Shown here: positions 7,886 through 16,459 of the stretch, one piece after another | Numbering within the stretch: position 1 is the first letter of the stretch | Layout of the letters: each line of letters starts with the position of its first letter | Virus record (IMG/VR): IMGVR_UViG_3300021133_000025 | Coordinates: 1 to 28,927 of that record | Strand: one strand, 5' to 3' | Source of the DNA: a virus | Taxonomy: Duplodnaviria; Caudoviricetes | DNA length: 28,927 bases | The notes under the pieces: generated by a model | Databases searched by the model: none | Seen by the model: the letters and a program-made list of their open reading frames with translations, nothing else | Told to the model about the DNA's origin: nothing | Program-made: the position numbers and the translations under genes

Positions 7886-9861
7886 TAGCTTTCTCCTTCA
7901 GAGGCTTTAAGGTTGGCAGAAACAATGACCGCTTTTACAGGGTCTGAGACAACGACCTCATACACTCGATCTCGGGCTGTACCCAATCTGCGCCAAATGG
8001 CACGATTCTTGTATTTGCCTTCTTGACCGATAGAAACCCAATATTCACGCGACCATGTAGAGCCACCGTCATTTGACCAGCGCAACATGGCTTGAGGGTT
8101 GTCAGTAGTCGGAGAAACAACCCTTGCTTGCAAATAAAAAGATTGTCCAGCCAACACTGTAAAAGTTTGTCCAGCAGGAATAATTTGCACATTGTTTGGC
8201 AATGAACCAGCACTTAGGCCAGTTGTTCCCACGCCAGGCTGGAATTGAATTTGTAACTCATCAAAAAATTGACGCTGCAAATCAGTCACCAAATGAGGCG
8301 CTCTGCGTAATCTACGCACGTTCTGACCGTTATCAGTGTAATTAGTGGAGTCAATTTCGTAGATGTTGCCGTTGGAATAGTCCCCGCAGAGAACCATACC
8401 TTGAAACAACGCAGCGCAATTACCACGGTGACGCTCGTATTGGCCTAAGTTGTTTGTGTACAACCACTTATGCCACATACCTGTTGTAATGTCATAAGCC
8501 CAAGTCAAACCGTTTGTGCCGATACTTGGAAATGTCACCACAAAAACTTCATGGCCTTCTAATTGATATGTCCACGAAATAGCGTCTGAAATATTTTGGT
8601 TGACCAATGTATTCTCAACTGCATGAGTTGAGATACGCTGTGGCTGATAGCCGTTCATTTGCATGACTTGGGCTTGACCGCGACTGTTTTGCGATACATA
8701 GGCAAACGAGTTGCCCACGCGAGACATGGAGAACTTAGCCGCAATACCGTGTTGCGTAGAAGTGCCTGGAATCCGTTGGAATGGGAAAGGCACAGCGCCC
8801 ACATCCACCCACGCCTCAGAAGAAGCCTCACCCAACAAATAAACTTCTCGGTGGTCAACAATAAGGGACACAAGGTTGTCAGGCGCACCGTCTTTGGCTG
8901 AGTAGCTGAGAGCAGGGCTAACAGGAGACAAAAGGTTAGAAGCACCCCATTGCTGGCTGTTTGGTCGGTTGTAGACAAAGTAATTGTCAACAATGTCGAC
9001 AGTATTACCGCCAGTAAACGCACCGTCAGACGATGGAATAACTGTCCAATTTAGGGCATACAAAGTCTCAGATGCAACGGTTTGCGAAGTGCTGACCGTG
9101 TATGTACCTGTGCCGCCTGTGCCAGTTCCAAGGGCGGTAATCATAGTGTTGGCGGCTACGCCAGTACCTTGAATGGTTTGCCCAACATAAAGAGTACCGC
9201 TAGACACTGCACTGACTGTCAACGTAGTACCAGAAATTGCGCCAGTTACAATAGCGCCGCTTGAAGATGTGTAGAACTGAGCAGAAGCAAGGTTTTGGCT
9301 AATGTTGATCGTATATGTACCAACACCACCACTACCTGTGCCGAGCGCAGTAATCACGGTCTCTTGAGCGCCACCAATAGCAAAGAATTGTTGTCCAACA
9401 GCAATAGTTCCCGATTTAACAGAAGAAACCGTCAAGGTAGTACCTGATGTTGACCCTGTGAAAATCGCAGCCGTTTGCGTACCAATAACCCACGTATAAC
9501 GGTAAGTTCCATCCACAATGTAGACGTTAATACCGTTGTCAGAAATTGATACCCGACCAGATGTTGAGTTCAATTGACCGATGATGACGGGAGTTAACGC
9601 AGTATTTAATGCGTAAACGTATGAGCCACACACAGCAACAAGAATATTCCCACCAGACAAAGTACGCAAGCCGCGCACTTCCTGTTGATTTGGCAAAGTG
9701 GCTTGAATTGTCAGCCCTGGCGTTGGGTATAAAGCAACCACGCCACGAGCGCCATCAGGCTTTGTAGGGTCAACTTCAGGTCGAAAGTTAATACACTCCT
9801 GTGCATCTTGATAGATGGAAGGAGCTTCGTAACTTGCGCCAACAAAACCAAAATCAGCCAT
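7885..9861 (-). CDS. Packaged-DNA stabilization / tail nozzle protein (P22 gp10-like) with two inserted repeat modules
   Basis: Motifs [69 protein letters not shown]. Confidence 0.88.
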   Translation of the reverse strand: MADFGFVGASYEAPSIYQDAQECINFRPEVDPTKPDGARGVVALYPTPGLTIQATLPNQQEVRGLRTLSGGNILVAVCGSYVYALNTALTPVIIGQLNSTSGRVSISDNGINVYIVDGTYRYTWVIGTQTAAIFTGSTSGTTLTVSSVKSGTIAVGQQFFAIGGAQETVITALGTGSGGVGTYTINISQNLASAQFYTSSSGAIVTGAISGTTLTVSAVSSGTLYVGQTIQGTGVAANTMITALGTGTGGTGTYTVSTSQTVASETLYALNWTVIPSSDGAFTGGNTVDIVDNYFVYNRPNSQQWGASNLLSPVSPALSYSAKDGAPDNLVSLIVDHREVYLLGEASSEAWVDVGAVPFPFQRIPGTSTQHGIAAKFSMSRVGNSFAYVSQNSRGQAQVMQMNGYQPQRISTHAVENTLVNQNISDAISWTYQLEGHEVFVVTFPSIGTNGLTWAYDITTGMWHKWLYTNNLGQYERHRGNCAALFQGMVLCGDYSNGNIYEIDSTNYTDNGQNVRRLRRAPHLVTDLQRQFFDELQIQFQPGVGTTGLSAGSLPNNVQIIPAGQTFTVLAGQSFYLQARVVSPTTDNPQAMLRWSNDGGSTWSREYWVSIGQEGKYKNRAIWRRLGTARDRVYEVVVSDPVKAVIVSANLKASEGES

Positions 9862-9869
9862 GTTTTATA

Positions 9870-10193
9870 TTACCAAGGTAAAGCAGGTGTCACTTTAGCA
9901 GGAGAGATCAAAGCAACAATCTGAGCATCCAAATTAGCTTCCAATTCAACAACTTTTTCTGCACCCATTGCGGATTGCAACCAACCAATGACTTCTGCTT
10001 CTGTCAGGCTATTGAAAGCCGTGAAAGGTGAGCCAGCGGTATATGCAACGCCTTGTGTGCCGTACACAGTAACGTTATGCGTACCGTCTGTGCCGTTGAC
10101 TCGCCAATGAATTGTGTTAACCACGTTGGTCTGACCTTCTAAGCTAGGAGCGCAATCAAGTGCTTCTACGACCCATGTGTATGTGTTTGCCAT
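9870..10193 (-). CDS. Fibre-associated small protein (paralog of 12267..12581)
   Basis: YTW.V..LD...VVNTIHWRV.G.DG...F..FNSLTEAEVIGW...LPW; directly downstream of a fibre gene. Confidence 0.7.
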   Translation of the reverse strand: MANTYTWVVEALDCAPSLEGQTNVVNTIHWRVNGTDGTHNVTVYGTQGVAYTAGSPFTAFNSLTEAEVIGWLQSAMGAEKVVELEANLDAQIVALISPAKVTPALPW

Positions 10194-10202
10194 GATGTTT
10201 CC

Positions 10203-11279
10203 TTAGAAGCCAGCTACGCCAGCGGATTTGAGTTTAGCTTGCAAGTCTGTGATGGTTGCGTTGAGTTCTTGGATGAAAGCAACTAAATTTGCCATTACTT
10301 CAGAGCTTGATGGTTGAATTGTTTGATAAACAGGTTTTCCATCAGCATCCACAGCATCTTTTTCGCCGTGACCTGAATACTTAGCAACTTCCATAAACTC
10401 ATGGGCAATAAAGCCAACACCTTTACCAGAACCATCCCACCAATCCCAAGTTTTTGGCTGCAACCCCATTACAAAATCTTTAGCGTTTGTTACGGGCGTT
10501 GGATTGTTTTTTAAACGGTAATCTGAAGTAATGTTGTAAAGAACCCCTGTTGTACCATTTTGAGAAATTGATCCAATAGCTCCAGAATTCCCGCCATAAT
10601 AAAAACCAGCAAAATAATTTCCACTTGAAGCGCTTGTAGAGTGCATAAATGACTGATATGCACCAGCGCCTGTGTAGAAAGCAAAAGCATCTTTATTAGT
10701 AGTTGCTTGTGTTGTAGTCCCCACCAACAAGTTACCGCTGGAGTCGATACGCATACGTTCTGTGCCGTTGATGATGTAACGCATTGGGTAAGAAGCAGTG
10801 TTCTCAAATGCGGTAGAACCGTCAGAAAAGTCGCTAATTTTTAAACTTCCCAATCCGTTAGTAAGCTGAATGGCAATATCAGAGTTTGCAGCAGTAGCAA
10901 CAGTCAACTTTTGACTTGGAGAAATTGTACCAATACCTACGTTACCGCTGGAGTCAATACGCATACGTTCTGAACCGTTGGTATACGTTACTAATGGGTT
11001 TGTCCCAACACTTGCAATGTAAGAAGTCGCATTATTGGCATTGAAATACATTCGCGTAATACCAGCAGTTTGAATTTCCAAACCTGGTAAGTTAGCAGCG
11101 GTAGCATTATTGATTGCCAAACCATTAGAAACAGTTGTAATGCCAGCAGTTGTACCAATGCCTACGTTTTGACTAGAGTCAACATAAACAGCAGTTGTCC
11201 CGCCTGTTTGCAAAGCCAACGTATTGGTGTTGTCTGCTGTTTCAATAATACCTGTTGCGTTTGAATTGATTGTTGACAT
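10203..11279 (-). CDS. Fibre protein with repeated ERMRIDSSGN modules and C-terminal intramolecular chaperone (Peptidase S74-type) domain
   Basis: TSDYRLKNN cleavage motif, L.PKTW.W and GFIAHE motifs, terminal coiled coil LVAFIQEL. Confidence 0.85.
   Translation of the reverse strand: MSTINSNATGIIETADNTNTLALQTGGTTAVYVDSSQNVGIGTTAGITTVSNGLAINNATAANLPGLEIQTAGITRMYFNANNATSYIASVGTNPLVTYTNGSERMRIDSSGNVGIGTISPSQKLTVATAANSDIAIQLTNGLGSLKISDFSDGSTAFENTASYPMRYIINGTERMRIDSSGNLLVGTTTQATTNKDAFAFYTGAGAYQSFMHSTSASSGNYFAGFYYGGNSGAIGSISQNGTTGVLYNITSDYRLKNNPTPVTNAKDFVMGLQPKTWDWWDGSGKGVGFIAHEFMEVAKYSGHGEKDAVDADGKPVYQTIQPSSSEVMANLVAFIQELNATITDLQAKLKSAGVAGF
10731..10980. repeat. Two 40-bp direct repeats (37/40 identical) at 10731-10770 and 10941-10980
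   Basis: gttaccgctggagtc(g/a)atacgcatacgttctg(tg/aa)ccgttg, 210 bp apart. Confidence 0.95.
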
Positions 11280-11291
11280 TTCTAGTCCTTT

Positions 11292-12263
11292 TTATCTAAA
11301 GAATCCACCACTTAAAATCCAACCAGCGTCCTTAGACTTGCCGACCAGCAGCGAATCAGGGTAACGAGAGACTTGCGGTGGTTTCATGTTTGTGCGTTTT
11401 ACCGTAGCTTTAGCCTGCGATGCAAACGCATTAATCATTTGAATTTGAGTAGCACTTGCTTTGCCGTACATAGGCATCAGGCGTTCAGCCAAACACCAGC
11501 GCAGGGCGTTTGTATAGCCTTGTGGCAATGCTAAGTTGTCAAAGTAAGTGTTGTATCGAGCAAAGATTTGGTTGGCAAAGATGTGCATCTCACCCTGAGA
11601 AGGGTTAGGCCACACATAAATATTCCCAAGAATCTCTGTTGGCTGGTAGTAAACAGCTTTAGGCCAAGGGCCATTCAACGTCTTGAGGCCAATCATCTCG
11701 TAATCTTCAAGATTCAAGATTGCAACAGGGTAATCCAAGCCGCCGTTAACAATTGGCACACCATTTGAATTAGTGTTAATACGTACAAAAGACGAATCAA
11801 TCGCCAATGGTCGCTCGTAATAACCTGTAATTGTGGTGGATGCAACGGTCTGGCTGACGTTCAATTGGTATGTACCAACTTCGTTTACGTTGTTGCCTGC
11901 TCCTGTCAGAAAGCCAACAATGCGTGTTCCTGCCGTGATACCTGAGCCACTCAGATATTGATTAAGGTTAATAGCACCAGAGTTGATGCCTGTGACGGTC
12001 AAAACGTTGCCAGTGATAGACCCTGTAAAGCTGGCGTTGATGTTACCAGTAGGGCCGATGGTGTATTGCGTTTGACCAGGCACAATCGGAAATACGATCT
12101 CGGTTTTGTAGAAAACCATCATATCTTCGTTTGACCATTGGTCAATCATATCGTTGAGCATATCAAAAGCATCTGCGGCTGCTTCTGGAGTAGGAGATTC
12201 CCCCGCCTCCAAAGCGCCGATGTCTTTTAATGCTCTGCTGATGATGTCAAATGGTACAGCCAT
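11292..12263 (-). CDS. Head-tail adaptor (P22 gp4-like) with inserted beta module
   Basis: DIISRALKDIG.LEAGE.P..E...DAFDMLNDMIDQW N-terminus; I.VWP.P and LPQGY.NALRWCLA.RL.P.YG C-terminus. Confidence 0.78.
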   Translation of the reverse strand: MAVPFDIISRALKDIGALEAGESPTPEAAADAFDMLNDMIDQWSNEDMMVFYKTEIVFPIVPGQTQYTIGPTGNINASFTGSITGNVLTVTGINSGAINLNQYLSGSGITAGTRIVGFLTGAGNNVNEVGTYQLNVSQTVASTTITGYYERPLAIDSSFVRINTNSNGVPIVNGGLDYPVAILNLEDYEMIGLKTLNGPWPKAVYYQPTEILGNIYVWPNPSQGEMHIFANQIFARYNTYFDNLALPQGYTNALRWCLAERLMPMYGKASATQIQMINAFASQAKATVKRTNMKPPQVSRYPDSLLVGKSKDAGWILSGGFFR

Positions 12264-12266
12264 GAT

Positions 12267-12581
12267 TTAACCCAAATTTGGTGTGAAAACTTGGGCAACC
12301 CAAGGCGGCAACACGGTTTTTTGTTCCATGTTGGCAAGCTGTTGCGCTAGGCGTGATTCTATGATATTTTCGCCGTGTTGGGTAGCATCTTCTTTAACCC
12401 AAGCAATCACATCTTCCTCGGTGACTTCGGCGTAAGGCTTGGTCAAAACAGGGTCGCCAAATCGCCAATAGCCTTCAGTGTCCACAGAATAGTCACCGTC
12501 AACAGCTTTTACATGATATTTGGCTTCTGTAATCAAGCCATCTGCGGCTTTGACTTCCAGAATTTTCCAGTTAAATTCCAT
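12267..12581 (-). CDS. Fibre-associated small protein (paralog of 9870..10193)
   Basis: ATG 12581 with GGAG RBS; FNWKI...ITEAKYHV.AVDG...PYAEVTEEDVIAWV...PPW. Confidence 0.7.
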   Translation of the reverse strand: MEFNWKILEVKAADGLITEAKYHVKAVDGDYSVDTEGYWRFGDPVLTKPYAEVTEEDVIAWVKEDATQHGENIIESRLAQQLANMEQKTVLPPWVAQVFTPNLG

Positions 12582-12592
12582 ATTTACTCCAA

Positions 12593-15355
12593 TCAAAGAC
12601 CAAAAGCCGCTAACTTGCCTGCCATTTTTTCAATCATTTTTTGTTGCTCTTGAATAGCTTTAACAAGCACAGGGACAAAGTTTGCATAAGCAATTCCCAA
12701 ATATTCACCAGAATCATCTACCACCTCGGGGATGATCTTTTGAACTTCTTGAGCAATAAAACCGATTTCATTGTTGTCGTTGTCTAATCTGTTGTATGTC
12801 ACAGGATTTAACAACATGACTTTATCAAGCGTTTTATCAATAGAAACAATGTTTCTTTTAAGTCTTTCATCAGAACTGATAACCGTACCGACAGAAGTCA
12901 AAACGCCTGTGCTTGGATTAAATTTGAGTTTGGTTGATGATGTGTATTCAGGCAAATTACCTGTTGTATTTGTTTTCCAAACAGGATAAACAGTCGCATT
13001 AGTTGATGTGTCATCAGTGGTTGCGGTATTTGTGGCGTTTGTTGCTGTGGTCGCTGTGGTCGCAGTTCCAGCATTACCGTCAATACTTGTGCCTGTAAGT
13101 GTCTGGCTGGCGCTTGCTCGGTTAAGGGCAATAGCTGTCGTGCCAATGTAGACCGTAGAGTTACCAAGGACAGCGCTTGGAATTGTGCCTGTCAAGTTAC
13201 CAGCAGTCAGACTTGTTAAAGAAGCGCCAGAGCCGCTAAAACCTGTGGCTGTCAGCACACCAGTGGAAGGGTTGTATTGATACTTGGTGGAGCTTGTGTA
13301 TTCAGTTTGTAAATTGCCGCTTGTAGCGGATGCAAACAGTGGATAACGAGTTGCATTTGTGGTGGTGTCGTCAGTAACTGTTGCATAAGCTGTGGGCGTA
13401 GACCATGTTGGAGCGCTAGAACCGTTTGAGGTTAAGACTTGTCCAGTAGAGCCAGCAGCAGTAAATGCGTAAGCAGTACCAGTGCCATAGGGAACAGCAC
13501 CAGCAGTAGGAGTAGCCGTTCCATTTGTACCGCCTCCATTAATGCCGACCACGCCCCATGCTGGAGCAACGGTTGAACCGCCTGTCACCAAGGCTTGACC
13601 AGATGTGCCGTAACCTGTTGTTCCGCTTAATGCAGGAGTTGTTCCAAGGTTTGTTGAAAAACCAAGAGCACCTGAACTGTTGATTACATGAGCATATTGG
13701 CCTGTTGAACCCCAAGCAAAATAACTTTTATATCCGTTGCCAGACCCAAAACTAATATCACCGTCATGGCCTGAAAAATAAATCCCGTTGTTGATGGAGT
13801 AAAAGTCAGAAGGTGTACCAGATGAGTAAACCGATGAGTTCATGCCAAACTCACCGTAATACGATGAATCTGTACCTATGTCGTTAGAGATAACGTAATT
13901 GGTTGAAGCGCTAGCAGATGTACTCTTGTTTTGAATAACAAGCTGGTTATATGAGTTGGCGGTTGTGCTACCAAAAGAAGCAATAGAGTTGGAAGCATTG
14001 AACGACAAAACTGGCGTTGTACTGGTAACAGAATTAGCCGACAAAGTAGTAAAGTCGCCAGATGATCGAGTGGTCGCACCGATAGACGCACCGTTAATTG
14101 TCCCACCTGTAATCGCCACGGAGTTGGCGTTTTGGGTTGACATTGTTCCCAAGCCAGTGATTGCTGTATTAGGAATGGTTGAGGAAGCCGTAAAAGCGCT
14201 TGTACCGTTACCAAATACATATCCTGATAGGGTAGCCGCACCTGTACCGCCAGAGGCCACGGGAATAGGGCTAGAAAGCCCTGAAATCGTCCCGCCAGTT
14301 ATAGCCACAGAATTGGCGTTCTGTGTGCTCATTGTCCCCAAACCAGTAATGTCCGTATTCGGGATTGAAGTCACTGCTGTCAAAGCGCTCGTGCCAGTCC
14401 CTTTCACATATCCAGTTAGGGATGTTGCGCCTGTGCCGCCGTAGGGAACTCCGATTGTTGAAGCGTTCCATGTTCCTGCTGTAAGTGTTCCAACGCCTGT
14501 GATGCCTGTGTAAGAGCCTGAAATCAATGAACTAGCGATAGTTCCTGATGTGATTTGCGAGGCAGCAATGGCAATTGAGGTAGGTGTTGCGCTTGTTACT
14601 TGACCTTGAGCATTGATCGCCAAAACAGGTACGCTAGACGCTGAACCATAGGTCGAAGCGGTTACGCCTGTGTTTGTGATGCTAAAAGTGTTTGACGCAA
14701 GGGTTAGCCCTGTGCCAGCAAAGTAAGTCGCAGAGCCTGAGAATTGAACAAATGTGATAGCTGTTGTGCCAATCGTGCCAGATTGTGCTGATGTGGAAAC
14801 CCATCCAGTATTTGCGTTAGACGACCCAAATACAGCAACCGTGTAAGCACCAGGCACTTCTGCCCAAACATCCATGTCTGTGGCACGAGTCCAAGCGCCC
14901 GATGCCGCAACATAAATGCCGTTTTGCGAGGCGGTAGTTTGATTTTTTACCAATACTCGGTCGCCAGCTTGCACCGAATAAGTGTCAATGGTCTGCAATC
15001 CCGACAGCGTAATGTTCACAGTCGTAGCGCATTTAACCGCTTGTTTAGGATTTAAGCCTTGGGCGATAGCGTCAACATAGGCTTTGTTGACAATATCTGT
15101 ATTACCGCTTGGAGATGTGGTAATTTGCCCTGTTGTTGTCTGAATATTGGTAAAAACCCCAGTAGACGGGGTAGTAGCGCCGATTGTCGTGCTGTCAATC
15201 GTGCTGTTGGTGATCTGCAAGCCCGATTGTTGCGGGTTAACAGTAGCGTAAAAGGGCTGACCCTGCCCGATAAACGTATTGAATGAGTTGTCAAGATTGA
15301 ATAACGCCTGTACAGGCAAGATATTCTGGTCGTTTACTTTTGCGGGGTCAGCCAT
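12593..15355 (-). CDS. Long tail fibre, Thr/Gly/Ser-rich, with C-terminal intramolecular chaperone (Peptidase S74-type) domain
   Basis: NK.YVD..AQGL...ATT.NITLSGLQTID...GDRVLVKNQT..SQNGIY domain; GGTG repeats; SSDERLKRNI, LNPVTY, IGFIAQEVQ.IIPEVV, LVKAIQE. Confidence 0.9.
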   Translation of the reverse strand: MADPAKVNDQNILPVQALFNLDNSFNTFIGQGQPFYATVNPQQSGLQITNSTIDSTTIGATTPSTGVFTNIQTTTGQITTSPSGNTDIVNKAYVDAIAQGLNPKQAVKCATTVNITLSGLQTIDTYSVQAGDRVLVKNQTTASQNGIYVAASGAWTRATDMDVWAEVPGAYTVAVFGSSNANTGWVSTSAQSGTIGTTAITFVQFSGSATYFAGTGLTLASNTFSITNTGVTASTYGSASSVPVLAINAQGQVTSATPTSIAIAASQITSGTIASSLISGSYTGITGVGTLTAGTWNASTIGVPYGGTGATSLTGYVKGTGTSALTAVTSIPNTDITGLGTMSTQNANSVAITGGTISGLSSPIPVASGGTGAATLSGYVFGNGTSAFTASSTIPNTAITGLGTMSTQNANSVAITGGTINGASIGATTRSSGDFTTLSANSVTSTTPVLSFNASNSIASFGSTTANSYNQLVIQNKSTSASASTNYVISNDIGTDSSYYGEFGMNSSVYSSGTPSDFYSINNGIYFSGHDGDISFGSGNGYKSYFAWGSTGQYAHVINSSGALGFSTNLGTTPALSGTTGYGTSGQALVTGGSTVAPAWGVVGINGGGTNGTATPTAGAVPYGTGTAYAFTAAGSTGQVLTSNGSSAPTWSTPTAYATVTDDTTTNATRYPLFASATSGNLQTEYTSSTKYQYNPSTGVLTATGFSGSGASLTSLTAGNLTGTIPSAVLGNSTVYIGTTAIALNRASASQTLTGTSIDGNAGTATTATTATNATNTATTDDTSTNATVYPVWKTNTTGNLPEYTSSTKLKFNPSTGVLTSVGTVISSDERLKRNIVSIDKTLDKVMLLNPVTYNRLDNDNNEIGFIAQEVQKIIPEVVDDSGEYLGIAYANFVPVLVKAIQEQQKMIEKMAGKLAAFGL

Positions 15356-15364
15356 TTAAGCCTC

Positions 15365-15715
15365 TTATGATTGATCTGCCACAGGAGTGACGTACAGCAA
15401 ACCAGCAGTAGCCGAATTACTGAGCGCAGTCATGTAAAAGGGCGCTTGCGGGGTTGCCAAGATCAAAGGTGAAGTCATGCCAGCAGGCAATACGTAGTCT
15501 CCATTCGTTCCGTCTGAGGGAAACGTAGGAGCACCAACGCTCGAAGTTGTACCAAACTTCACCGCAATAGGAGCAGCGCCCGTATTGAGGAATGAAGCAA
15601 AGTTCACTTGGTCGTTAGTATAGTTACCAACGATTTGGACAGCAGAGTGTGCAGTGTTGGTCACAGATAACGCAACAGTTTGACCCGAATTGCGTTGTAC
15701 GGTTGAGCCAGCCAT
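15365..15715 (-). CDS. Small beta-rich structural protein
   Basis: 116 aa, beta-strand pattern, between coat and fibre genes. Confidence 0.65.
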   Translation of the reverse strand: MAGSTVQRNSGQTVALSVTNTAHSAVQIVGNYTNDQVNFASFLNTGAAPIAVKFGTTSSVGAPTFPSDGTNGDYVLPAGMTSPLILATPQAPFYMTALSNSATAGLLYVTPVADQS

Positions 15716-15717
15716 GA

Positions 15718-16053
15718 TTAAACAGCAGTCACAGGTGCAGGGCCTTCCAGACGGGTAATCTGGATGACGTATTGACCACTAGCAGGCACAAGAGAAGCGT
15801 TTGATGTCAAGTTGCCAAACTGGATTTGCAAAGTGTTAGCAGCAGTGCAATCAGCTTCAGCAATCATAACACCAGCGGTTTGTGTGCCAAACACACCTTG
15901 AACAAGCACCAAGTCGGTTGTCAACAAGCCAGGCACTGTGTAAGTCACAGCGGTGGTAGTGTTGGCAGCCAAAGTATTGGATGCGTTGTTAAGAGTGGGG
16001 GTGATGTAGAAAGTCTCATGGGCATTGCCACGAGTTACGGTCGTAGATGACAT
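15718..16053 (-). CDS. Small beta-rich structural protein (decoration candidate)
   Basis: Start moved to ATG 16053 (GAAAGGA RBS): MSSTTVTRGN...T.TVPGL.T.D.V.V. Confidence 0.7.
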   Translation of the reverse strand: MSSTTVTRGNAHETFYITPTLNNASNTLAANTTTAVTYTVPGLLTTDLVLVQGVFGTQTAGVMIAEADCTAANTLQIQFGNLTSNASLVPASGQYVIQITRLEGPAPVTAV

Positions 16054-16087
16054 TTTGCGTCCTTTCAGAAAGACAAAGTGATTATAC

Positions 16088-16112
16088 AAAAAACGCCCAA
16101 TGAAGGGCGTTT
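16088..16112 (-). terminator. Intrinsic terminator after the coat/decoration genes
   Basis: Minus strand AAACGCCC-TTCATT-GGGCGTTT-TTT: 8-bp stem plus U tract. Confidence 0.8.
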
Positions 16113-16133
16113 CCTGATTGGTTTTTTTGCTAT

Positions 16134-16436
16134 TTAAGCAGCAATCAAACCAAGAGCTTTCAATGCGGTAACGATGTCACCGATTGTGTAAGCTGTTGAG
16201 CCAGACGCACCTGGGAAGGTGGTGTTGGTGTACACAGCAGTAGTAGAACCAGCAGCAGTAGTGGTGGTGTTACCAGCGGAAGTGGGTTGAACCACAGCGG
16301 TAACGCCATAGAAAGACACTTTGCCACCGTTAGGGGCGATAGCCGTTCCGTCTGTGCTGTCACCATCAATCAGATAGTGAGGGCTGGTTGTAACGGCAGG
16401 GCCGTTGTTGGTGTAGGTGGTGGGGGTCAAAGCCAT
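16134..16436 (-). CDS. Capsid-associated (decoration/cement-type) protein candidate
   Basis: Directly after coat with a strong AAGGAG RBS; KVSFYGVT.VVQP and IVTALKALGLI motifs. Confidence 0.65.
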   Translation of the reverse strand: MALTPTTYTNNGPAVTTSPHYLIDGDSTDGTAIAPNGGKVSFYGVTAVVQPTSAGNTTTTAAGSTTAVYTNTTFPGASGSTAYTIGDIVTALKALGLIAA

Positions 16437-16459
16437 GATTATTTACTCCTTATTGAAGA

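Noticed and set aside
10731-10980. Diversity-generating retroelement TR/VR pair
   Set aside because: Both copies are in-frame within one gene and only 40 bp long. The mismatches are not at coding-strand adenines of one template, and no reverse transcriptase is present in the window.
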